Shown here: one piece after another, positions 31,086 to 39,220 of the stretch
How the letters are laid out: every line of letters starts with the position of its first letter
Numbering within the stretch: position 1 is the stretch's first letter
Assembly (NCBI GenBank): GCA_002717385.1
Contig: PBDR01000017.1
Location: forward strand, 8,847 to 72,846
DNA length: 64,000 nucleotides
Origin: Chloroflexota bacterium
GTDB lineage: Bacteria > Chloroflexota > Dehalococcoidia > Lucifugimonadales > Lucifugimonadaceae
Direction of reading: 5' to 3'
Made by a program: the position numbers and the translations under genes
Notes under the pieces: generated by a model
What the model was told of the DNA's origin: nothing
Seen by the model: only the letters and a program-made list of their open reading frames with translations
The model's database searches: none

Positions 31086-31744
31086 TAATTACCTGCCGGA
31101 TTAGTAGTTAGACTGTATCGTCTTACTTTATCGTGTAATTGCATTATTCCATATAAAAGAGCATCTGGTCTTGGTGGGCATCCTGGAACATATATATCAA
31201 CTGGAACAATATGATTTACACCAGGGACTACAGAATAACTCTGATAATATGGTCCGCCAGAAGTTGCACATACTCCCATAGAAATTACCCATTTAGGTTC
31301 AGGCATTTGATCATAAAGTCTTTTCAAAGGAACAGCCATTTTCCAAGTAACAGTACCAGCAACAATCATCAAATCTGCTTGTCTTGGACTGGCTCTCATT
31401 GCCTCCATTCCAAAACGTGAAATATCATATCTTGCCATTGCAGTTGCAATCATTTCGAACGCACAGCAAGCTAACCCAAACTGTAAAGGGAACATAGATG
31501 ATTTTCTAGCCCAATTTAGTAAATAATCTACGGATGTAACCATTATATTGTTTTTTACATCTTTAGGAATATCAACTAAAGGCTCCGGATAAGGTTGTAT
31601 GTTATTAGCTTTGATCTGATTAACCGACTTACCTTCATTTTTATCCATATCCCATGTAATTTCATGTAATGGTCCATCAGAAATATCTGGAATAGGAACA
31701 CCATATCCATCAATGGTATCGTCTAATTTCGGTTGTAAATCCAT
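31085..31744 (-). CDS. nuoB: NADH:quinone oxidoreductase subunit B
   Basis: [29 protein letters not shown] (N2 cluster ligands). Confidence 0.9.
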   Translation of the reverse strand: MDLQPKLDDTIDGYGVPIPDISDGPLHEITWDMDKNEGKSVNQIKANNIQPYPEPLVDIPKDVKNNIMVTSVDYLLNWARKSSMFPLQFGLACCAFEMIATAMARYDISRFGMEAMRASPRQADLMIVAGTVTWKMAVPLKRLYDQMPEPKWVISMGVCATSGGPYYQSYSVVPGVNHIVPVDIYVPGCPPRPDALLYGIMQLHDKVRRYSLTTNPAGN

Positions 31745-32136
31745 TCTAAATCTCCTTTACGCCAAGCATAAATGAAAGGAACAGTAACTATAAATAAAAA
31801 AACAAACATAGCAAACATAGCAATTAACCCAAATTGCTTGCTAAGCACACCATACTTTACTGCCCATGGAAAAATCAAAACAGTTTCAACATCAAATACT
31901 ACAAATAAAATAGCATAATAATAATATCGAAAATTAAACATAACCGGCTTTGGGCCGAAAGGGGGTAACCCGCTCTCATAGGCAGATAATTTAACTTCAT
32001 TCGGTTTGGAAGGTCTTATTTTAATGAAAGTTGCTAAGTAACTGATAAGTAACATTCCAATGGGAACTGCAATAGCAAGTAATGCATAAACTACTAATAC
32101 ACCATATTGAAGTAAATAATCTTCCATTTTATCCAA
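31723..32136 (-). CDS. nuoA: NADH:quinone oxidoreductase subunit A
   Basis: 137 aa, 3 TM, with YESGLPPFG and [14 protein letters not shown]. Confidence 0.8.
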   Translation of the reverse strand: MDKMEDYLLQYGVLVVYALLAIAVPIGMLLISYLATFIKIRPSKPNEVKLSAYESGLPPFGPKPVMFNFRYYYYAILFVVFDVETVLIFPWAVKYGVLSKQFGLIAMFAMFVFLFIVTVPFIYAWRKGDLEWIYNRN

Positions 32137-32253
32137 AAAATATCAATCCAAAATCTAGATTTACTAAATCACAATAAGAGAATAACATCAGCATTTTTAT
32201 TGATCAAGTAATTCATGAGTAATCATAAAAAATCTGAATTTTAATCAAATTCC

Positions 32254-32538
32254 CTAATTTGACTGTATGGTTGCACCAGATTTAAGCATATTGGCTACTT
32301 TTGCTTTTAAATCCTTAACTTCCATAATGTGAGGAGACCTTCCTTCTACTGTTTTATCCCATAATATATTACCATCAACTGTAACCTTAAATGCACCACT
32401 GTGACCGGGAACTACAGATATAGCCAATGAAGGGCCACCTGCCTGAAATAATTCACTAACCATATATGCGGCTAAATTTCCGTATCCACAAGGAACGCAA
32501 TATTCAATTTCAGCTTCCATTTTCCAATGATCTGACAT
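32254..32538 (-). CDS. SelW/SelT/SelH (Rdx)-family thioredoxin-like protein, Cys form
   Basis: 94 aa. N-terminal IEYCVPCGY CxxC motif encoded by TGC/TGT. SGAFKVTVDGNILWDK resembles the Rdx core. Confidence 0.6.
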   Translation of the reverse strand: MSDHWKMEAEIEYCVPCGYGNLAAYMVSELFQAGGPSLAISVVPGHSGAFKVTVDGNILWDKTVEGRSPHIMEVKDLKAKVANMLKSGATIQSN

Positions 32539-32688
32539 ATAATTTTCCTTTCTTTTATAATTAATGTTAATTGTTTGATCATGATAAAAAAATATCTAAT
32601 CAAGACTTCAATGAAATTTATTGTTAATATTTATTGAAAATATATAAATTATAAATAAAAACATAAACTGTAATAATTCACTAAAAAT

Positions 32689-33285
32689 ATGGCAATAGTA
32701 AAACTAAAACAAGTAACCCGAGAAGATATAAAAAGAATCTCAATTTGGTTAGAAGATAAAGAAGTAAATGAGAATTGGTTTGGAAGGTATACATATGGAG
32801 ACGCGGCGCATTTGGGGTACGATCCCCAAAAAATGCTAACAGCGTCTATAGAAGAATGGAATAACATTTTTCATGATCCTAACCATGAACCCCATAGAGA
32901 TATTTTTTCTATTTATACTTTAGAAAATCTACATATAGGAGAAGGTCAATTGAACATTGACGAACCTCTTGGAGATGCTCAGGTTTCTATATTGATAGGT
33001 GATAGAAATCTATGGCACAAAGGGTACGGAACGGCTTCAGTATTAGCAATGTTAGAACACGTTTTCGATCACTTAAATCTATTTCGAGCGTGGGTAGATG
33101 TTCCTGAATATAATAAAAGTGCAAAAATGTTATTTGAAAATATCGGTTTCCAACATGAGGGAACTCTCAGACAAAGTAGACCACATCATGGATCTAGATA
33201 TAATTCATTTATTCTGGGAATTCTCGATACAGAATTCCGGCTAAAATTCCCAGAAGGAGTTGAAAGTCACGTAATAGATTTCTGA
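32689..33285 (+). CDS. GNAT-family N-acetyltransferase
   Basis: 198 aa with VSILIGDRNLWHKGYGTAS (acetyl-CoA loop) and NKSAKMLFENIGFQHEG. Confidence 0.7.
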   Translation: MAIVKLKQVTREDIKRISIWLEDKEVNENWFGRYTYGDAAHLGYDPQKMLTASIEEWNNIFHDPNHEPHRDIFSIYTLENLHIGEGQLNIDEPLGDAQVSILIGDRNLWHKGYGTASVLAMLEHVFDHLNLFRAWVDVPEYNKSAKMLFENIGFQHEGTLRQSRPHHGSRYNSFILGILDTEFRLKFPEGVESHVIDF

Positions 33286-33286
33286 T

Positions 33287-34498
33287 TTAACTCTTAACAG
33301 ATTCTGTATATTTCAAAGAGGTCCCAGTGTTCATTAATATTATTTTCATATCTCTAGAAATATAATTTGAATCTAATATCTTTTCCAAAGCTGAAAGAGT
33401 CGAACCTCCTTCAGGAGCAGAAAATACACCTTCGAATTTTGATAAAAGTTTAATAGAATTCAACATAGATTCATCAGAAACCTTTACAACTATACCTCCA
33501 CTTTCTTTGATAGCATTTAAAACTAAAAAATCTCCAATAACAGAAGGAACCCGCATACCAGCTGCAATTGTTTTTGGATATGGAATTTCTTTAGAAAATT
33601 TTTCTTTCTTTATAAATGCATCATATATCGGAGAACAACCTTCAGCCTGAACAGAAACTAATTTTGGTCTTTTATTATCTATTAAACCTAAATTTTCCAT
33701 TTCGTCCATTCCCTTCCAGATACCAACTATACCAGTACCTCCACCTGTCGGATAAATAATTATATCTGGAACTTCCCAGTTTAATTGTTCAACAATTTCA
33801 TAAGCCATAGTTTTTTTACCTTCAACTCTATAAGGTTCCTTCATGGTAGAAATATCAAATAAGTTAAATTTTTCCGCGTGATCAGCAGAAGCTTTACCAC
33901 AATCATTAATAAATCCCTCAACAAGATGCACATTTGCTCCATAATAATCACATTCTATATAATTTGCGATAGGAACATCTTTCGGCATAAAAACATGTGC
34001 GTTCATTCCTGCTTTAGCTGCATAAGCAGACATTGCACCTGCTGCATTACCTGCTGATGGCATAGTTATATCACGAATCCCTAATTCATAAGCACGTGAT
34101 ATTGCTGACGATAAACCTCTAGCCTTAAAGGAACCAGTTGGATTTAGACTTTCATCTTTTAACCATAAATTGTTGATACCCAAAAATTTGCCTAATCTTT
34201 TTAATTTGAGTAAAGGAGTAAAACCTTCTCCTAGTGAGATAATATTTTCAGGATTTCGTACAGGTAATACTTCTTGGTACCTCCACATAGTAGGTGGACG
34301 AAATTTTAAATTGTTTTTTGTAAGGGTTTTTGATGCAATTTCTAAATTATATTTTACTAACAAAGGTCTCCCAGTGGAAGGATTGAGCCTATGAGGGTAA
34401 TCAGGATCAAATTTTTCACTTGTTATAGGGCATAAAAGATGGGATAAACTACTATCAATATTTTTCATAAAAATCCTCATATAAAGGTTCTTTATCAA
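33287..34498 (-). CDS. thrC: Threonine synthase-like PLP enzyme (tryptophan-synthase-beta fold)
   Basis: ESLNPTGSFKARG (PLP lysine), GNAAGAMSAYAA, PTGGGTG. In-frame ATGs at 34480 and 34468 are alternative starts. Confidence 0.7.
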   Translation of the reverse strand: MIKNLYMRIFMKNIDSSLSHLLCPITSEKFDPDYPHRLNPSTGRPLLVKYNLEIASKTLTKNNLKFRPPTMWRYQEVLPVRNPENIISLGEGFTPLLKLKRLGKFLGINNLWLKDESLNPTGSFKARGLSSAISRAYELGIRDITMPSAGNAAGAMSAYAAKAGMNAHVFMPKDVPIANYIECDYYGANVHLVEGFINDCGKASADHAEKFNLFDISTMKEPYRVEGKKTMAYEIVEQLNWEVPDIIIYPTGGGTGIVGIWKGMDEMENLGLIDNKRPKLVSVQAEGCSPIYDAFIKKEKFSKEIPYPKTIAAGMRVPSVIGDFLVLNAIKESGGIVVKVSDESMLNSIKLLSKFEGVFSAPEGGSTLSALEKILDSNYISRDMKIILMNTGTSLKYTESVKS

Positions 34499-35144
34499 AA
34501 GCTAAAGTAATTTTACTAATTAAAACATTGGATACTTGTTTAAAAGTAATTTTTGATTCACTCTCATTATTCACATTTGTAAATTCTGTACTAGATATTC
34601 CGCAAGGTATAATGTGATTAAACATCTGTAATTTAGTTGAAACATTTAATGCAACACCATGAAAAGTAACACCATTGGATATCTTCACTCCTATTGATGC
34701 TATTTTTTTTTTAGACTTAAAATTATCATATACCCAAACACCTGTTTCATTTTTGTAATTTGTAGATTCAATTCCAAATTCTCCAACAGTATCCTTAATC
34801 AATTTCTCAAGAAATCTTACGTAAGAGATCGGACCAAAGTTATGATCTTTGATGTTGATTATTGGATATATGATGAGTTGACCTTTACCATGATAAGTTG
34901 CCTGCCCTCCTCTATCAGTATGAAACACTTTAACTCCTAATTTCTTCAAATCTTCATCTGAAGACAATAAATCATCTCTTTTAGCCCTCCTTCCTAAAGT
35001 GATTGTGTCTGGATGTTCTAATAAAATTAAAGTGTCTGGTCTAGTATTACTTACACGCTGAGAATGAACAATTTTTTGGAGTCTCATAGCTTTTCCATAA
35101 TCGACCGTACCCAAAGAAATTATATTTAATCGATTATTTATCAA
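34455..35144 (-). CDS. lipB: Octanoyltransferase (lipoyl(octanoyl) transferase)
   Basis: LLEHPDTITLGRRAK, TDRGGQATYHGKGQLIIYPI, GVKISNGVTFHG. 4-nt overlap with the E2 gene. Confidence 0.85.
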   Translation of the reverse strand: MINNRLNIISLGTVDYGKAMRLQKIVHSQRVSNTRPDTLILLEHPDTITLGRRAKRDDLLSSDEDLKKLGVKVFHTDRGGQATYHGKGQLIIYPIINIKDHNFGPISYVRFLEKLIKDTVGEFGIESTNYKNETGVWVYDNFKSKKKIASIGVKISNGVTFHGVALNVSTKLQMFNHIIPCGISSTEFTNVNNESESKITFKQVSNVLISKITLAFDKEPLYEDFYEKY

Positions 35145-36436
35145 ATGATTTTACTGTCATAAGTAATCGATTCAAGAGATTTCTTCACAGATTGCACAAA
35201 ATTACTAGCATCTAAACCATCTATAATTCTGTGATCAAATGATAAGCATAAATTCATAATTGATCCAATAGCAATAATTTCTTTGCCATTAACTTTTTTT
35301 ACTACAGCTCTATCAACTACCGATTCAGTAGTTATAATTGCTGCCTGGGGATAATTTATGATGGCTCCTCCAATTACCGATCCTAATGCACCGGTATTAT
35401 TAAGAGTAAATGTACCTGATTCTAGATCTTCTAAATGGAGTTTAGATGTACGAGCTTTTTTAGTCAAATCAGAAATTTTTATACATAATTCTAAAACATT
35501 GAAATTATCTGATTTTTTTATTACAGGTACAACTAAACCACCTTCTCCTGCCATAGCGATACCTAAGTTTACATCTTTACGTAAGATAATCTTTCCGTCT
35601 AACCATGTTGAATTTATATGTCGATGCTCTTTTAAAGCTTTAGAGACAGCATTTGCACAAAATGGCAAATATGTTAATTTAGCATTGTGCCCAGAAAATA
35701 TTTTTTCCTTATTCAAATTAATAATTTTCTTTATATTCGTCATATCAACTTCAATTGATGTCCAAGCATGAGGTATCTCAGAATAAGATTTTTTCATCCG
35801 AGTAGCGATAATTTTTCTCAAAATTGTTGGTTCTTTAATTTCATCATCATCACTAATATTTAGTCTCAAGTTGTCACTAGATTTAATTTGGTCTGCTCTT
35901 TGTATATGATTAATAACATCAATTTTACTTATACGACCTTTATTACCAGTACCAACAACATCATTCAAATCCAAGTTATGTTTATAGGCCAAACGTAGCA
36001 CAGCAGGAGAATATTTATCAGAATTATCAGGTTTGTTATCAATAACAACAAAATCTTCATTTTTTTGATTCGGTAAAATAATGCTAGTGTCATTAAATTC
36101 CCCTCCAGTTGGACCAACATTTGCTACATCAGAAAAAGAACCAATAATCGTATCGTCAGGTATTGATCCTGAAATATTTTTATCTATATAATCTGCATCA
36201 GTAATCTCCATTACGGCAATAACTTTCCCCATACCAACAGTTTCACCTTCACTGACTAAAGTTTCAATTAATTTCCCATTGTATGGAGATGGAATTTCCA
36301 TAGAAACTTTATCCGTAATAATTTCTAATAGAGGTTCATATTTTTCTACATCATCATTAATGTTTTTCAGCCATTTTTCAATTACTGCCTCAGTCACAGA
36401 TTCTCCTATATGAGGTAGTTCTATTTCTATGTTCAT
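35141..36436 (-). CDS. 2-oxoacid dehydrogenase E2 (dihydrolipoamide acyltransferase)
   Basis: Lipoyl domain EIITDKVSMEIPSP, subunit-binding domain SPAVLRLAYKHNLDL, catalytic SFDHRIIDG. Confidence 0.85.
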   Translation of the reverse strand: MNIEIELPHIGESVTEAVIEKWLKNINDDVEKYEPLLEIITDKVSMEIPSPYNGKLIETLVSEGETVGMGKVIAVMEITDADYIDKNISGSIPDDTIIGSFSDVANVGPTGGEFNDTSIILPNQKNEDFVVIDNKPDNSDKYSPAVLRLAYKHNLDLNDVVGTGNKGRISKIDVINHIQRADQIKSSDNLRLNISDDDEIKEPTILRKIIATRMKKSYSEIPHAWTSIEVDMTNIKKIINLNKEKIFSGHNAKLTYLPFCANAVSKALKEHRHINSTWLDGKIILRKDVNLGIAMAGEGGLVVPVIKKSDNFNVLELCIKISDLTKKARTSKLHLEDLESGTFTLNNTGALGSVIGGAIINYPQAAIITTESVVDRAVVKKVNGKEIIAIGSIMNLCLSFDHRIIDGLDASNFVQSVKKSLESITYDSKII

Positions 36437-37420
36437 TTATATCTCCAATAATTCTCTTATTGATTTAACAATTTTAATTTTTGACGGCATGTATTCCGCC
36501 TCCTGGATAGGAGAGAAAGGCATTGGAGGAATTTCTATAGGTGTCAATCTCTTTATAGGTGCATCAAGATCGAAAAAACAGTCTTCTGCAATAATTGCTG
36601 CAACTTCTGAAGAAACACTAATAGCTCTAGTATCTTCTTGAACAATTAGTGCTCTGCCTGTTTTATTAACAGATTGAACAATAGTTTCAGAATCAATAGG
36701 TCTCAAACAACGCAAATCTAAAACTTCTACATTTATTCCAAAATGTTTACATTCTTCAGCTGCTTGTAGAACATAATGTAACATCAAACCATAAGTTATT
36801 ACGGTAATATCATTTCCAACTTTTTTCACTTCAGCTTTACCCAAAGGAATAGAATAATCATTATCTGGCACCTCCCCTTTGACCAACCTATATGTTTTTT
36901 TATGCTCTAAAAAAACAACTGGATCATCATTTCTGATTGAAGATCTCAACAAACCTGCAGCATCATAAGGTGTCGCAGGAGCAATAACTTTAAGTCCTGG
37001 AGTATGAGCAAAAAGTACTTCTATGCTTTGAGAATGATATAGACCACCTCTAACTCCTCCACCATATGGGATGCGGATTGTAATTGGACATTTTTTCTTA
37101 CCAAATGTTCCATATCTAATCTTAGATGCTTCACCCACAATTTGATTAATTGCAGGCCAAACAAAATCTGCAAACTGAATTTCTGCTATAGGTCTCATTC
37201 CATTCACAGCAGCACCAATAGCTACCCCACATATGGAAGATTCTGCCAAAGGTGTATCAATAACTCTTTGATCACCAAATTCCTCTAATAAACCATCTGT
37301 AGCCAAAAAAACACCTCCTCTAGATGCTACATCTTCTCCTAAGATGAAAATTTTTTTATCTCTTTTCATCTCCATAAATATCGTTTTTCTTACTGCTTCG
37401 ATTACTGATATAACTGACAA
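36437..37420 (-). CDS. 2-oxoacid (branched-chain/pyruvate type) dehydrogenase E1 beta
   Basis: 327 aa transketolase-like Pyr plus C-terminal domains. RVIDTPLAESSICGVAIGAA. Confidence 0.85.
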   Translation of the reverse strand: MSVISVIEAVRKTIFMEMKRDKKIFILGEDVASRGGVFLATDGLLEEFGDQRVIDTPLAESSICGVAIGAAVNGMRPIAEIQFADFVWPAINQIVGEASKIRYGTFGKKKCPITIRIPYGGGVRGGLYHSQSIEVLFAHTPGLKVIAPATPYDAAGLLRSSIRNDDPVVFLEHKKTYRLVKGEVPDNDYSIPLGKAEVKKVGNDITVITYGLMLHYVLQAAEECKHFGINVEVLDLRCLRPIDSETIVQSVNKTGRALIVQEDTRAISVSSEVAAIIAEDCFFDLDAPIKRLTPIEIPPMPFSPIQEAEYMPSKIKIVKSIRELLEI

Positions 37421-37436
37421 AATATTATCCTATAAA

Positions 37437-38399
37437 TTAATTTAGATCAGAATGTAACAACATATTATCTAAAGAAGGAAATGCTTCCTTTTCAACTTTG
37501 TCTGTAGATATATTTACAATTGAAATAACTTCTTTTTTCATTAATTCAATATCTTTTTTATTAATAACACCTAAATCAATCAATTGATTCTCAAAAATTG
37601 GAATAGGATCTCTTTCAATCATATGTTCAATATCAGATGCTGACCTGTATTTTGTGTGATCATCATCTGTAGTATGAGGTAATAAACGCTCTACTTTGGA
37701 TTCTATAATTGTGGGACCCAAACCTTTTTTTGCTCGATCTACAGCCTCCTTAGTAGTTTCATAAATAGAAAAAAAATCAGTCCCATCTACTTGAATCCCG
37801 GGTATATTATAAGCTGAAGATCTTGAAGATATATTATCTACATTCATCTGTTTTTCTAATGGAACTGAAATAGCATAACCATTATTTTCACAAAAAAATA
37901 TCACAGGTAAATCATGAATTGAAGCAAAATTCATAGCTTCATGACAGTCTCCTTGACTAGCAGCTCCATCACCAAAAAATACTATAGTAACTGAATCTTT
38001 GTCATTCATTTTATCCGCTAAAGCGACTCCAACTGCTTGAGGTAACTGAGTAGCAACAACATTAGAAAAAGAAAATAAATCTACTCTCGGATGAGATCCA
38101 TGTAAAGGAAATTGACGAGCTCCGCTCATTATGTCACCTTCTTTTGCTAAAAAGTTTCTAAGTTGTTCTTCAGGAGTGGTACCTAATGCCAGCATTAAAG
38201 TAAATTGACGATAATAAATCAAAAAATGATCACGAGATGAATCTAGAGCTTCAACACATCCTAATTGGCTTATTTCATGTCCTTGACCAGATGCGGCAAT
38301 TGCTGCCCTACCCTGTCTATTCAACATCCATATACGTTCATCAAGCGCTCTACTAATTAAAGCTGTTTTATATATTTCTCTAAGTCTGATTTTTTCCAT
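37437..38399 (-). CDS. 2-oxoacid dehydrogenase E1 alpha (TPP-binding)
   Basis: FFGDGAASQGDCHEAMNFA, FFCENNGYAISVP. Confidence 0.85.
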   Translation of the reverse strand: MEKIRLREIYKTALISRALDERIWMLNRQGRAAIAASGQGHEISQLGCVEALDSSRDHFLIYYRQFTLMLALGTTPEEQLRNFLAKEGDIMSGARQFPLHGSHPRVDLFSFSNVVATQLPQAVGVALADKMNDKDSVTIVFFGDGAASQGDCHEAMNFASIHDLPVIFFCENNGYAISVPLEKQMNVDNISSRSSAYNIPGIQVDGTDFFSIYETTKEAVDRAKKGLGPTIIESKVERLLPHTTDDDHTKYRSASDIEHMIERDPIPIFENQLIDLGVINKKDIELMKKEVISIVNISTDKVEKEAFPSLDNMLLHSDLN

Positions 38400-38509
38400 T
38401 TTTTTAATCTTAATCTTTTTTATTCTCTCATATGCAATACAAATTTAATTAATTGAGTTATAAACTTATATAAGTTTTTTGTAGTATATGAAAATTATTG
38501 AGGAGATAA

Positions 38510-39220
38510 ATGAGTTTAATTCAAATCTCAAAAGTACTTTTATTCATGTTCATATCCCTAAGCATAATAAGTTTAGGTTGTACAGAAACAAGTAATAAAG
38601 AAAATAATCAAGAGATACAACAAGTTAAATTGGAAAATAAGCAAATGACTCAACCTTATTATGAATATGATCCTCCTAAAGGTTTTTTAAATATTGACAA
38701 AACCTATTTAGCAACGATTCAAACTAGTCAGCCTGAGGGAGAAATAGTAATAGAACTTTTTGGTAAAATTGCTCCGATATATGTTGAAAATTTTATAAAT
38801 CTATCCAAAGCAGGTTTCTATGATAATTCTTCATTCCACAGAGTAATTCCTGGCTTCATGGCTCAAGCAGGAACAAAAGATGGGAAAGGTGGTGGACCAG
38901 GTTATCAATTCAATGATTTTTTCCATCCTGATATGAAACATGATTCTGCGGGAATAGTTTCTATGGCCAATGCAGGACTAAATACTAACAGCTCTCAATT
39001 TTTTATCACCTATGCACCTACTCCATTTCTTGATCCGTATGATGAAAGTGGGAATCCAAAGGCATGTGGTTCTCCTGGAGTTTCTTGTCATGCTGTTTTC
39101 GGTAAAGTAATGAAAGGTATGAACATTGTAGATAAAATCACTCCCATTAATCCTGGAGAAAATATAGTTCCCACAAAAATAATTAAAATAGAAATTCACG
39201 ATCCTATAAAAATGAATTAG
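38510..39220 (+). CDS. Cyclophilin-type peptidyl-prolyl cis-trans isomerase, lipoprotein
   Basis: Signal plus SLGC lipobox. FHRVIPGFMAQAG, SMANAGLNTNSSQFFIT. Confidence 0.85.
   Translation: MSLIQISKVLLFMFISLSIISLGCTETSNKENNQEIQQVKLENKQMTQPYYEYDPPKGFLNIDKTYLATIQTSQPEGEIVIELFGKIAPIYVENFINLSKAGFYDNSSFHRVIPGFMAQAGTKDGKGGGPGYQFNDFFHPDMKHDSAGIVSMANAGLNTNSSQFFITYAPTPFLDPYDESGNPKACGSPGVSCHAVFGKVMKGMNIVDKITPINPGENIVPTKIIKIEIHDPIKMN

Noticed and set aside
31085-31744. About 60-aa N-terminal extension of NuoB and C-terminal tail of NuoI as unusual features
   Set aside because: NuoB and NuoI lengths vary widely among bacteria, and E. coli NuoB is similarly long. The NuoB start could also be an internal Met. 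This is not demonstrably unusual.
32254-32538. Selenocysteine recoding in the SelW-like gene
   Set aside because: The redox motif is encoded CVPC with TGC and TGT. There is no in-frame TGA and no SECIS-like hairpin downstream.
35358-36641. Plus-strand ORFs 35358-35771 and 36429-36641, opposite the E2/E1beta genes
   Set aside because: They are antisense shadows of genes with clear lipoyl, catalytic and transketolase-like motifs.
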